A stretch of DNA of 64,000 nt, from positions 475,434 through 539,433 of the forward strand of contig MCFH01000038.1 of assembly GCA_002104945.1 (NCBI GenBank), read 5' to 3'. This stretch comes from Piromyces finnis finn (taxonomy: Eukaryota > Fungi > Neocallimastigomycota). Shown piece after piece: positions 1 through 14,484 of this stretch. Position 1 is the stretch's first letter; each line of letters begins with the position of its first letter. Below the pieces are notes generated by a model. That model did not search any database. It was not told the origin of the DNA and saw only the letters and a list, made by a program, of their open reading frames with translations. Both the position numbers and the translations under genes were made by a program.

Positions 1-1736
1 AGGGAAAAGAAAGGGATGAAAGAGATAGCCCTATTAAAAGTGTTGTACCCATTAATAATTTAAAGGTTAATCACACTGCTTCCTTAAAAAAATTTAATGC
101 TAATAGTATTAATGAATTGGATGATCCTTGTCCGGATTTACACCAACTCTTTCTTTTATTTAATGCGCAATATTTTCATCACAAATTAGATAGTGTGGAA
201 GTGAGGTGGTCAAAACGTATGACCCTTTGTGCTGGTATATGTTATTACTATCCGGGTGGCTATTGTTCTGTACGGTTAAGTGAACCCCTTTTGAAATTCA
301 GAACACGAGGTAAGATATTTTACAAATATTAATGTTTTATACCTTTTTATATCATTTTATTTATTTTTTAAAATTTAGTATAATTGACAATATATATTTG
401 ATTATTAATTAATTATCATATAGATGATTTCATAAATACACTTCTTCATGAAATGGTAAAATATTTATTGTATTTTAGTATAATAATAAAAGTAATTTTT
501 AATTAAAATAATAATAATATGTTAAACATTTATTAGATTCATGCTTATTTATTTTTAACTGAAGGTAATAAGGATCATGATGGACATGGTGAAAGTTTTC
601 ATCGCATTATGTATAAATTAAATAAAGAAACCGGATCAAATATCACAGTATATCATAATTTTCATAATGAAGTAAATCATTATAGGACACATGTATGGCG
701 ATGTAATGGGTAAATATTTATTACAACAAAGAAAGTCATCTTTCTTTACTAAATATTATAGACTTTATATATTTTAAAATACATTTTTAAATTATTTAAT
801 ATTTTTTTTTTCTTTTTTCAATCTATTTTTTTTTATTTGACATTTTCTAGTCCATGTCGTAATAGACCTCCATTCTTTGGTTATGTAAGACGTTCCATGA
901 ACCGTAAACCTCAGAAAGCAGATCATTGGTGGCGGCAACATCAAATGACTTGTGGTGGTGAATTTATAAAGATTTCTGAACCAGAAGAATATACCCGTAA
1001 ACGTTTAAAGAAACAACAAAAGGATGGAAGTGATACTATGATAGACAAAACACTCTTAAATCAACCTTCTACATCCGATTTTGATAACTTTCAACGATTA
1101 AAAACTATCAACACTACTACTATTTCAAAGCCAAGATCAACTCAAATCACAAAGCCTACTAATTTCATTAAATCTGTTAATCAAATTAAACCTACTCAAT
1201 TAACGAAACCTACCCTAACAAAACCAAAGCCTAGACTTTTTAACCCCACTAAAGTTAATAGTCCTAATCACAGTAAACCTGATCTTTCTTTCCGAACCAA
1301 AATTTTTGATCCTCGAACAAAACGAGAATTTGACGGTGGTGGCCATTTTATTCAAGCTCATGCTGATGATGAAATTGATGATGGTACAAATGATTTTAGT
1401 AATCATAATATTCTTCGTCACCCTACTAATACCAGAAGTTTTGGTGGAACCAGCGGTAAACTTTTTGGTAGAAGTGGTAATGTCCATGGTTTTAAAGATA
1501 AAAAAAATACATCTTCTTCTATTACTACTACTTCCAAGCCAGGAAGTAATATACATGGTTTTGGTAGCTTGAAAAAAACTGTTTCTAATACCGTTTCAAC
1601 TTCTAAACCAGGAAGTAATATTCATGGTTTTAGTAGTTTTAAGAAAAACAATTCTAATACAACCAACTCCACAAAAAAGAATAAAACCTCTGGTAGTAAT
1701 AAAAGTATCTATGACTTTTTAAAAAGAAAGAAATAG
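1..1736 (+). CDS. SPRTN: SprT-like DNA-protein crosslink metalloprotease (Spartan), 5' partial, 4 exons visible (~3-309, 424-455, 537-709, 851-1736)
   Basis: Frame open from window start. Spliced product gives DPCPDLHQLF...RWSKRMTLCAG...LLHEM|IHAY (HExxH split by an intron)...HGESF...WRCNG|PCRNRPPFFGYVRRSMNR...WWRQHQMTCGG; GT-AG junctions keep phase. Confidence 0.93.
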
Positions 1737-2878
1737 ATTTTTAAATATCAAAAACAATTTTCTACATAATTTTGATATCAACAAAACCTTCAAACTTATA
1801 TACGTTTACAATTCAATTTTAATTTGTATATTATATTGTTACCGTTAGCTATATATTTTATTTTTTTTTTTATATCTTCATTCGTCTCTTTGTAAAAATA
1901 AAGAATGAAATATTTATTTTGTAATATTTTATAGTAACATTTTTTCTAAAAAGTTAAATACTTATATTAGAATCATTATCATTATTGTCATAACATCTAC
2001 TATCTATTAAAATTATTGTTAAAAAAAGTTATTTCATAATTATTTTATTTTATATAATAAAAGTTTTCTTTTTTCTTGTGTTTTTTTTTTTTTAATAAAA
2101 TTTTTATATTATTTAAAGTTACATAATTAAAAATTAAAATATTAAAAAAAAAAATTTCATATGGTTAAAAATAATAATAAAAATAAAATAAAATAAAAAT
2201 TATAAAGATTATGAGAAAGAATAAAAAAAAAAGTGTTATAAATAAAATATAAAATAAGTATTGGTTTAATAATGCTTTGTTTTTATTATAAAACTTGTAT
2301 ATTTTGAGTAGTTTTTTTTTTATAGGTATTTGAACTTTTTTTTTTTTAGTATTAAAAACATTTTCAATAATTAAAATTTTAATTAAATTTCATTTAAATT
2401 TTTTTAATTTGAAATTTATATAAAAATTTTTTATTTTTAATTATTAAATTATTTTTTTTTTGTTGACATTTATTAAAAAAAAAAAAAAAAGTATTCTCCA
2501 TTTTTGAATAATAGAAGATAAACCAACAAACAAACAAAAAAAAAAACAACAAAACAATATAAATTATCACTTTTATAATAATATTATTAAAATAAAGTAA
2601 ATATTTATATATATAAAAAAGAAGAAAAAAAGAAATAAAATCTTAAATTTTTTATAATTTAAAAATAAAAGAAAAACATCGAACTTTCATTTTATTTATA
2701 TTTTTAAAAAATAAAAAAAATGTCAAAAATATAAACAATCTATACTAATGAATACATCTATCTTTATTAATAATATATATATTGTCACTCAATAATTAAT
2801 ATTATATATTTATTATCAACATTTTTATTTTCTTATTAATATTTCAATATTAATATATATATATATATAAAAGTCAAA

Positions 2879-4810
2879 ATGAGTTGGTATGTACAATGTG
2901 ACAAAATAACACTATAAAATAAATAATTGAAAAGGTCATTGCTTTTATTTATAATTATTAATATAATTACTATTAAAATTATTATATGACTTTGGTATAC
3001 ATTAAATAAATAGGAATGGATTTAAGAAGAAGATTAACCGTGTTGGTACTATGGTAAAATATCAAAACTAGATATTTTTCCTTTCATTTATATAAATGTT
3101 TTAGTAAAGACTAATTTATAATTAATATATATGTCCATGAAATCTTATAGTTAAAACAAACCACTGGTATGATAGGAAAAACAGTAAATATTTTCAATTA
3201 AAATCTATATATAAATTAATATGCTAGAAATAAATTTAAATATGTAATGCTATGAAAAAAAGTCAACATTATATTTAATAAATATTATTTATATATATAT
3301 ATATAAATTACTTCCTTAAATATAACAGGAAGATAAAGAATTCAATAGTAAGGAAAGACGTTTCAAAAGGTAATTGTCAAAAGATATATAACAAAGTTTA
3401 TTCAATATAAATATAAATTATATATATATATAAAAAAAGAAAGAAATATTAAAAAATGTTAATGACACCTTAATAATGAATATTTTTTTTTCTACTAAAT
3501 TTAAATTTTGAATTAAATTAAAAAATCATAAACAATATAGTTATGAAAAGAAAATTACAACTTTATGTAATGAAGCTAAGGAATATTTAAATTATGTTAG
3601 AGGTAAATAATATTAAATGGAATAATATTTTTTAATACTTTATAGAATATTTCATAGTATTTTTTTAAAAAAAAAAAAAAATAAAAAAAAATAAAAATTC
3701 ATAGGTTTTATTCTGTTTTTATAATATTAATACTATATATATAAGTAATAACTTTTTCATATTTATTTTTATTAATTATTATCATTTTTAATTTTGAAAA
3801 TATTTAGCCTTGACTTTAAATGAATATAAGATAGCTGAAGAAATTGATGGTTTATATAACGAAAATTTTGATATGGCTCTCTGTGCTATGAATTTTAAAA
3901 CTGCTGCTGGAAAAATTAACGATGGAACTCGTTTAGAATTTGTAAATTATCATTAAATTGGAAAATAATTAAATATCTCAAAAAATAAAATTTATCATTA
4001 AAAAATAGATAATAAAAATAATTCATAAGCAAAATGAAAGATAAATAATTTTGGGAGGAATCAATATTATAAAAAAAAAAAAAGGATATAAAAAAAATTG
4101 GAATAGCTTTATAAAACAAAAAATATTATATTTTTTTTTAGCAACTAAATAACTAATGATAATTATTTATTATATTATTTATATATTTATCAATTTATAA
4201 TTTTATATAAAATTTTAAATTGATATAAAAAAGGATAATAATTATATAACAACCGTATTAAATCCAGTAAATCAACTTGGTGTCAACTTCCCAACTGTTA
4301 ATCAATTAATTAGTAAACGTGAAAATAAACTATTAGATTATGATGAATGTAAGAGTAAAGTTGATAAATTGGTTGATAAACCTTCCAATGACCCAACAAA
4401 CTTAACTAGAGTAAATATTCAAAGATTAAAAGATTAATCGTTATTAATGTTGTAATAGTTTTATTTTATCATTATTATGTAACCTATGTTTTTATTTTTA
4501 AATATTCGTTACATAGGCTGAAGATAAATTAAATTATGCCAAGGAAGCCTATGATGTTATTAATGATGCTTTATTAGAATATTTACCAAAACCACTTAAT
4601 ACTCGTATTGATTACTTAGAACCAAGTTTTGACGCTCTTATCCTTTCTCAACTTTCATTTTCAGAAAAATCTTTCAATACTCTTAATGAATTACAAAATA
4701 AATTTGCTATTGCTGGTGCCAATTTAGAAAATTTAGAAGATCTTACACAAAGATCAGATTATGCACTTCAAGAATTAAAGAAATTAGGTATCTGTAACTT
4801 TCATCAATAG
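2879..4810 (+). CDS. RVS161: N-BAR domain protein, Rvs161/Hob3/BIN3 type, 8 exons; absent from the ORF track
   Basis: Manual splicing gives MSWNGFKKKINRVGTM...EDKEFNSKERRF...EAKEYLNYVRA...KRENKLLDYD...LQELKKLGICNFHQ*, matching recalled yeast Rvs161 N- and C-terminal motifs (MSWEGFKKAINRAG; LGIC). Confidence 0.88.
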
Positions 4811-5263
4811 ATGTAATTAAGATTTGGTGTAATAAAAAATCATCCCTCTTTATCGACCTATTCTTTTTAAACTCCCATTAACAATATGACCCATAAACAT
4901 AAATACTTTTTGATATTTTCATTATTAACACATATATATTATATAATAAAAAAGAAAAATAATAAAAAAAAAATTAAAAATATATATATATATATATTTA
5001 AAATATTTAAATAAATAAAACAAATGTGTACTCAAAATTTTTTATTTATTATGAATTGTTATGATGTATATTAGATATTAGTATATAGTATATATTCTCT
5101 ATATTTTTCTTTTTTTTCTTAATCTACCTAAATAATTGATGAATTTTTAAAATTTTATCTTTATATTGTGGCTTGAAAATATGGCACATTATTAAATATT
5201 AAAATAAAAATAATTTTTTAATTTTTAGTTAAACTTTTTAGCATACAATATCTATAGAAAAAA

Positions 5264-5600
5264 ATGATTAAATCAAAAAAGATAAAAAAGAAAAATTTAA
5301 GAAAAAGAAGTTCTTCCGTATTGGAAGAAGAAGAAGAAAATATAGAGGAAACTAGGTTTGTATTTTCATATAAAACAATAATATAAAATTATGAAAGTAA
5401 AAGATACTAAATAAAATAATAAATTGAATATTAAAATGGTGAATTAATATAAAGTTTTTTCTATTTTTTTTAAAAAATGTTATTCTATTCATATATGTAA
5501 TATTAATTTTATTATTTATCATTGAAAATAATAATTAAATCCTTTTTTTTTTTTTAATAATGTTTTAATAATTACGTAAAAATATGAATTGAAATTTCAA

Positions 5601-5643
<43 letters not shown>

Positions 5644-7275
5644 GTAACTTAATTCAGGAAGCTATGGAAATTAGAAAATTTAGAAAAAGACCAGAAGGTA
5701 TGGAAACAAAAGAGCTTTCAATTGGTGAGGAAAATAAAAAACAAGTAGGGGAAGAAGTGGAAGCAACAGAACCAATATCAAAGTATAATAATAAAAAACA
5801 TTTTATATATCTATATATCTAAATAATCAATTTAATTATTCATCATTTAATTAAATTAATTTTTTAATTTTAATTAAATAACAATAATGAGTATAAAAAA
5901 TAAAAATTATTTTATTATTATTAAATATTTTAATTAGGATATTAAATTAACTTATTTCTTTTCTTTTCTTTTTTTTTTTTTTACTACATGTATTAATTTT
6001 AACATTTTACCCTCATAGAGCTTTTTCAGATAATTCTGCTATTACAAGTTCATTTAAAACTCAAACTAATTATATGGATACAGAAAAGTTAATGTAAATA
6101 TACTCAAAAGAATAAATAAATAAAATAAAATAACTGGATATTTAATAGTTAAATAAATAACAAAAAAAAAAAAAAAAAAAAAAAATACATTGAAATTTCA
6201 TTTTAAATTTCACATTTCAAATCTAAATCTCAAATTCGAATTTCTTATTTAATTATCATATTTTAAAATATATATATATATAATAATAAATATATTTATG
6301 TGTATATAGGAATAAATATATTGAAGATGAAATTAGAAAGAAAAGAGGTGAAAATATAGAAAATGAAGAAGAAGAAGAAATACAACAAAGTACTGCTACT
6401 GATGAATTTAATAGTAAATATGAAATTCCAGAAAACTTAAAAGTTCGAGAAAAATATATTAAAGAAGATAATGTTACTACTTCTTTATCTATGTTAACAT
6501 CAATCCAAGAAGTAGACTTGGGTATTGAGTACGTTGAACAAATCACTGTTCTTTATATAATTATTAAATAAAAAAAAAACGAGTAATTAATTTTATTTTT
6601 AATTTAAAATATTTGATATTCTAATAAAAAAGGAATAAGTTAAAGAATATTGAAGCAACAGAAAAAGCAAGGGAAAAGTTAGAAAAGGATAAAAAGAAGA
6701 AAAAGGATATGGTGGTAAGCTTTTAAAATATAAAAATAATATAATCAATATTTGAATGAATAATAAAATAAATATATATAGTAGAAAATATTGGGTAAAA
6801 ACTAATTAAAACTATATTATATTCTCATAAAAAAAAAAATGAATAGAATAATCTTATTGGTGTTACAGTAGCAGCTGAAAGATGTAATTATTTACAATAC
6901 ATATTATATTTTAATGATATAGCAATTAGTAATTAATTAATTTATTAATTAAATTATTATTATTATTTCATTATAGTTTACAATGCTAAATCAAACGATA
7001 AAAGATTTGACCGTATGTTTTCTGAAAAGGATAAAGAACAAAAAAATAAAGAAACAGACGATAAATCTCAAAGAGAAGTTAGTAAAAATCCATTAATTGC
7101 AAAAATTAATAAAATGAATTCACATAATTCCGGTTCTTCTAATAATAAATCTGGTAATGGTAATAACAATTATCGTTCAAACCATAATGGAAATGGTGGT
7201 CGAAACTATGATAGAAGAAATATGGCAACAGATGATATTACATATGAAAGATTTAAGAAACGTTTTAGAATGTGA
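5264..7275 (+). CDS. TLS1: Tls1/C9orf78 (HCA59) family splicing-associated protein, 7 exons
   Basis: Spliced product has NKYIEDEIRKKRG, YEIPENLKV, LTSIQEVDLGIE-NKLKNIEATEKA and C-terminal ATDDITYERFKKR, which follow the C9orf78 family motifs; splice phases are consistent. Confidence 0.85.
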
Positions 7276-7447
7276 CCTTAATTTCTAAATTCTACAGAAT
7301 ATATTAAGATAATTGATAAAACCAAATGCATACGCCAATATAAATATAATTTCTATTTTATTTATTAAATAAAAACATTTTCTGTTTTCATTGTAATTTA
7401 ATTCTTTCTTTTTTTTTTTTAATTTAATTTCAATTATATCCTACTTA

Positions 7448-7495
<48 letters not shown>

Positions 7496-7997
7496 ATTAT
7501 ATCAACTAAATCTTGATAAAATAATTAATAAATATATATATATAATTAGTGATAATCAATTGATTTAATAATATTATTTATTATTCAAGTTTTTCAATAA
7601 TTAATAATACCATTATTTATTTTAAAATTACTTTTTTTTTTTAAGCATATAAAAGAAATTTTCATTATTATCATCATTTTTATTTTATAAAAATTTTTAT
7701 TTTTTTTATTATTAATATATTTAATAAAAATAAATAATTAAATAATGATTAAATTAATAAGATAAATGTAGTGAAAAGAAATATATAATTATTTATGATT
7801 CTATAAATCTAAATATTCTCTAAATATAATAATTTAGTTTATGCCTTTTTCTATGTTATATTTTTTAAACAAAGATTATAATCTTTAGTTTCTTGATTTT
7901 TCTATTTTTTATTTTTTTATTAATGTAATTGATCCTGAACGTTATTATAATCTATTATTTATCCTTTTTTTTTTTTTTACTCTACTTTCAAATGTAA

Positions 7998-9850
7998 CTA
8001 TTCATCTCTTTTACGTGGCATAAGCTTATGTTCTTTACTAGCATTCTTCTTTCTTCTCTTTTCCAATATTTTATCAATAGATTTGGATTTGGTATTCTTG
8101 TATTTGTCAATTAATTCCATTCTCTTGAGATCAGCTATTTTATTTATAAATAAAAAAAAAAAAAAAGAATTAATAACAATGTAACTTTTTATTTCTCAAG
8201 AAAATTTATTTAAAAAAAAAAAAAATAAAAAAAAAACAATCCACAAAAAAATCAAACAATTACCCTTCTTTAAGTAGAATGGTTTCTTTCCTTCCTTAAC
8301 TCTTTGAATTTCCTTCTTACGCCATTCACGTTTAATAGATTGTCTTCTTTCTCTTTCCTTTTCAGTTTGTTTTTTAGATTTCTAAAAGATAAATAATAAT
8401 AAATTTATTACATTTATCATAACAATTAATAAAGAAATACATAATATATATACTATATAATATATAATAATAAACAATTTATAAATGTATATTACCAAGG
8501 ATTGATAAACTCTCATTAATTTTTCCTTTTCTATTGAATTTTTGGTCTTTTTTATTTTATCTTGAATCATATTCATTTCATTTTCTTCCATTTCAGCAAG
8601 GAATTTGTAGGATTTTTTAAATAAATCTTCATTATACTTTCCAGAAAGGTTATCAAATCTTGGATCTCTTGCTTTCTATTAATAAATATATAATAAGGAT
8701 AGCAAAATCCATCGATTATAATAATAAATATTGATAAAATTACAAAAAAATAAATAATATTATTATTAATATAATAAAATATATAAAAATAAAAGTAGTG
8801 TAAAATCTTATAATTCTTTCAAACAAATTTATTATTATTATAATTGTTATTAATATTTATTTATTTTTCACTATACTTTACCTTCTTTTTAATTTCAACA
8901 ACTTCTCTATATCTACTAACTGGTTTTTTCGATGAAATTTCCATAGGTCTAAAAGAAAAAAAAAGAGAATTATTATTAATAAAATTCCAAATCTTGAAAA
9001 AATAATACATAGTACACATAGTACATGTTGAAATAAAAAATTTATTCAATACATTTCTAATTATCAATTTTATAAAATGTAAATTACTATGACTATTGTT
9101 GTTACTACTATTATCACCTACCACTATTATTATCATTATTATTATAAATTCTAAAATTCACAACTTACCTATTTTTATTTTCTCTCTTCTTAATGACTTG
9201 AGGTCCTCTTTTTTGACGGAGAAGTTTCAATGATTCTTTTGCTTTACTTATTGTTTCATCCTTAATAATATTAGATTTATTGGATGTTTTAGAAAATGTT
9301 TTATTAAATTCTTTCATTCCCATTTTTTGTTGTATCTTTGCTATTTGGCTAAATGGAATTTTTGATAATTCTAATAATTGGTAAATTTTATAAAGAAATT
9401 GCGTTATAAATAAATTTTAAAATGAAATCTTCGGATTAATAAACATATATAATGTATTCCTAAATAAGTACCTTTTTCTAATTGTTCCTAATATATTTTA
9501 ATATTGAAAAAATTATTTTTTCAAAATAAAAAAGATGATATTTTTGAAATTAATTTATAATTTTAAATTTAAAGAAATCTGATTTTAAATTAAAATTAAG
9601 TTTTATATAAATATATATTTATTTATTTAATTTATAATAAATGACAAAATATATATACAATTTGTTGGTCTCTGTTATCATTTTCTTCATCATCAGAATC
9701 ACCTTCAATAATTTCTTTTTCAGAATCATAGTCTTCTTCTCCTTCATCATCCTCAGTTTCAACTATTTCTTCTTCGGAGTCATCATATTCTTCTTGAGAA
9801 TCAAATTCTTCTTCAAATTCTTCTTCCTCTTCTTGATATTGTTTTTTCAT
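7998..9850 (-). CDS. RRP36: rRNA biogenesis protein Rrp36 (DUF947), multi-exon
   Basis: Acidic N-terminus, then PMEISSKKPVSRYR, RDPRFDNLSGKYNEDLFKKSYKFL, GKKPFYLKK and KRRKKNASKEHKLMP; TAG at 8000-7998. Confidence 0.9.
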
Positions 9851-10504
9851 TTTTCAATATATATATCTTATACTAAAAAAAAAAAAAATTAGAAAAAAAA
9901 AAAAAGATAAAATGAAATACTAATTATATATCTTTATTGAACGATTTTTTTTAATTTTATGTTTTTCTTATGATTAAATCACGTGAATTGTTATTTATAT
10001 ATTTTGATTTGGAATTTACATATCTATAAATAAATATATTAATAAATTTAATAAAAAAACTATGAAATTTCACTAATAAAAGTAAATGAATAAATAGATT
10101 AAAATTAAATAAAATAGATTTTATTATTAAAATGAATAATTAATTATTTTTTTTTAAAAATTTATTTTAAAAAAAAAAGAATAAAAAAAAATAAAATAAA
10201 AAAAAAGAAAAAGAAAAAGGTAGTTTACATCAAGTAAAATGAAAAAAAATATTACCATTAAATACAATATTATAACTATATTATTAACTTCATTAATAAA
10301 ATCTTTTTTATCATTATTCTCTATATTTAATAAATATGATATAAAATTACTTTATTTTAAATTCAAATGTTTACTTGGAAAATTGTATTTCTTCATCAAT
10401 TTAAATAATAAAATATTCAATCCAAACTAATACATATAAATTATAAATGTACATATATTTTATACCACTATTCATAGTTTAAAAAAAAATTAAAATAATT
10501 AACT

Positions 10505-11759
10505 ATGAGTCAGCTTATTAATTTCGTTAAAGATTTTATTATTTCTCTTATCGGTGATAAGTGTTACGTTGAATTAGTTGAAAACTTAAATGTTACCAAC
10601 TTTGAATGTTTAAAATATTCATTTTCTAAAGTTCTTGGTTTAGGTATGGTTTGTGGTGGAGCCATTCTTAAAGTTCCACAAATCATTAAGATTTTAATGT
10701 CAAAATCTACAAAGGGTATTTCTGTTACTTCTTACTTTTTAGAAATCTTAGCTCTTTTAATTAGTATTTCTTACAATGTTCGTTTCGGCTATCCATTCAC
10801 TACTTGGGGAGAATATCCATTCATGGGTAAATATATAATAATAAAGGTTTTTAATTAAAATTATATATATATATTTGAATAGTGTATATAGAAAAAGCGA
10901 AAAGAATATACATTATTTAAATTATATATAATTATGATATTAAAAAAATAATATTAATAAATTTATTTATATTATTTATTTATATATTTGGAAATATTCC
11001 TTCTCAATACAATTATTATATATAGCTATTCAATGTTTCATTGTTCTTTTCTTAATATACTTTTACAAGAAAACTAGAAAGAATTTAGCTTACCTTTTAG
11101 CTCCTTTACTTATTTTACTTGTTATTTTTAACCAAAGTAAGTAAACAATACTAATATATATTTCATTTTTTAAATAGTTTTGAAATATGGTTATATTCAG
11201 AAAAAAAAATATAAAAATTATATAGTAAAAATAAATAAATATTATAATGGGATTTCCTCAAATGCATATATTAGTGTATTTTATAAGAGACATTAAAAAA
11301 TAATAATTTATATATATATGTAAAATGATTTTTACTTTTTTTTTTAAAAAAAAAAAAAAACATTTATAAATTAGTTATTAATTTATTACTTTTATCTTTT
11401 TATTGTTATAATAAATAGCTTTCATTCCAAACAAACTTCTTCAAATTCTTCAAACTTGTACTGTTGGTATTACAATCGCTGGTCGTTTACCACAAATTTT
11501 TGCTAACTACAAGAATCGCAGTACTGGTGAATTATCTGCTCTTACTGTCTTCTTCCAATGTGCTGGTTCATTAGCTAGAGTTTTCACTACTCTTCAAGAA
11601 GTTGACGATTACGTTGTTATGGCTGGTAATCTTATTGCCTCTTCATTAAATACTGTATTATTCATTCAAGTTCTCTACTATTGGAGATCTGCAAGTTATC
11701 TTCCACTCGATTCAAAAAAGATTGGTAAGGGTAAGCCAAAGAATAAGAAGAGAATATAA
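10505..11759 (+). CDS. MPDU1: Mannose-P-dolichol utilization defect 1-like PQ-loop membrane protein, 3 exons
   Basis: Two PQ loops (LKVPQIIKI...STKGIS; RLPQIFANYKNRSTGELS), CLKYSFSKVLGLG, GSLARVFTTLQEVDD, and a C-terminal KKRI (KKxx ER-retrieval-like). Confidence 0.9.
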
Positions 11760-14484
11760 AGCCAGGTCGAAAAAATTGATATAAAAATTAGTTAAAAACA
11801 TAATAATTATAAAAGTAAAAAAAAAAAAAAATATACATAACATCATATTTTTCTTGTTTATTTTTTTTTTTTTTTTTTTACAAAAGATTATCATCATTTA
11901 TATCATTTATGTTGATTTAATCATTTATATGGTATTCTTTTTTTATTTTCATAATTATACAATTAATTAATTTCTATATTTTATTTTTTCAAGGAGTAAA
12001 AAGTAAAAATATTTTTTATGATAATATATATCATTACATAATATATATATAGACACAATATATTTATAAAATGTTTATATAACGACCTAATTATCATGAA
12101 AATAAGTATTTAAAATTCATATGAAAACATTTCATAACAATGACACACTTACTCAATAAAGATAATAAGAATAATTCTTTAAGTAATTATAAGATAAGAA
12201 AAATTACCAAAAAAAAAAAAAAAAAAAAAAAAAATAGAATAAAATAAAAATAAAAATAAAAAGTAATATATATATATATATAAAAGAAAATGAAAACTTT
12301 TACGCTAAAAAGTTAATTAATTAATAAATAAGACATAAATATCGATTAAAAAAAAAAAATAAATAAATAAATAAATTATATTTTTATCTTGTAGATAAAA
12401 ACAAAACAATTAATAAAAATAAAAACATACATAATATTTTTTTATATATCCTATATTTTTTTATGTGTTTCCATTAAAATTGAAAAATAGTTTTTATTAT
12501 ATAGACCGCTAAACACATTGTTTTACAAATAGCAAAATAATCATTATCAAAACATTTATGTATTTATGTGTTTCAAAGATAACATTCCTGTTATTGTAAT
12601 TAAGAAAATTGATTCAGAATTAACACCTTTATAAATTGTTTCATTTCAGCGGCATGCACCTGAATAAGTATTTTATAAGAATTAATATACTATTACTAGA
12701 TTAATAGGACGGATAACATCTATTGCATCATAAATAACGAAAATCATTATTTAGTTTTCATGTTTTTTGCGAGCTCTTCCTTATTCATTAATCTATAAGC
12801 CAAATATTATCTTTAACCTTATATTTATAAACCATCATTTTCCAAAAAATCAGAAAAAGTTGATTTAGGAAATTCACTATAGTTAATAATATTATCATTA
12901 TATATTGAAAATTTATAAATATTAATGACAACAACAGTCCCATTTTTAATATTTTAAGTTTTAATGTTACCTAAACATTTATATTCAATAATATTAAAAA
13001 TTATTTAATTTTCTTCAGATATGTTCCCAAAAAAGAAATTAGTAATATTACTAATATTACTGTTGTTTTATTCAAATTAGTAAAACAATTTATTATATTA
13101 TATTATATTATTATTAATATATTATATTATTTTCTATTATTTAAATTTATTTTATGAATAATACATTGATATTAATTACTTTGAATTACATTAATTAAAT
13201 CCATCTACATTCATATCCACATTCATGTAAAAAAATATCACTAGATGATAATATTGTTCATATTATACATATTATACAAAAAATAAAATTTTGCTTTGGC
13301 ACATTAATAAAAATGTAAATATTATTTTTTTTTATAAATAAATATACTGTTAGAATATGTGAAACGTTATGTCACATGTATTCAAATGTATTGAAATGTA
13401 TTAAAACGTATTTGTATATATTGTATTTGATTATATGTTTAAGCCACAATGTAAATGTATAAATACATGTAGTTTGAGAAGAATGTAACGCAAATAGTTC
13501 TTTATCATAAAATATATTAATAAAGTTGACATAATTATAAACCTAAATTAAACAACTCTTAATAGATTAAGAGTCTCAAGACTCTCAAGAGAGAATCTCA
13601 TTAATTCTCAAATGATTCTCTGAAAGATGAATCAAACCGCCGGATATGACATTTTGTCATAGAAGAAAACTGTAGGAAATTCTAACTATCAGAACTAAAT
13701 TATTTAATCTGAAATTTTCTATGTTTGATAAAATTATCTTGAGATCTAAAATTTGAGATTTCAAAATTTTAAGATTGAAATATTATTTTCGCCATAAATA
13801 AAAGATTCGAAGTAACTTAATATAGAAAATAAGGAAATAATCAATCTGATAAATAAAACATAGAAAGTGGTATATTTTCTAATATGATATAAGTTAATCT
13901 ACAATGATAGAATTCAAACATTAAATTTCCGAAAAACTAGTAAATTATTAAAATTTAAATTATTTTGAATTCAATAAACTCAGAAAATATACAAATCAAA
14001 TTAAATATAAATAAATAGCTTAAACCCCCAAGGAACAATACCTATATCACTATATTGATTTGATAACTTTGTAGCTTAAAACAAATCGTCAATAGTAAAC
14101 TACAAAAAGCTTTCAGTAAATTTAATATTCCTTGAATATAGACATAATATCAATAGTAACAAAACTTCTATTCTCAAGAAGATATGATATAGAAGTATTA
14201 ATATTAAGAATATAATATGTGAAATTTGAATAAATAAGTTCCTTAAGCTTAGATTATTTATCAGGATAATTTTAAAATTTATGTAACAAAAAGAATATTT
14301 CCTAGCATTCCATATTAATTCTATAATAAAGCAAAATTTTATAAAGATCTCTACATCCATTATCTAAAGAAAGGATATGAGAACACAATTATGAAAATTA
14401 GTATTTATCAATTATGATATATATTGAAAATTGTAATATGTAATATCTCCGATAAGGATCTTAACACTGATGAAATTAGAAATC

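Noticed and set aside
5589-5644. Poly-Asn N-terminus of ORF 5589-5822
   Set aside because: An intronic (AAT)n run; the exon starts at the AG at 5643-5644.
12480-13030. Possible decayed coding relic on the minus strand
   Set aside because: Slightly higher GC but many stops and no recognisable motif.
3916-14360. Small hydrophobic or antisense ORFs in the track (3916, 6256, 8382, 8861, 9641, 10239, 11712, 14100)
   Set aside because: Low-complexity AT-rich or antisense frames; 8382 and 8861 merely overlap true RRP36 exons.
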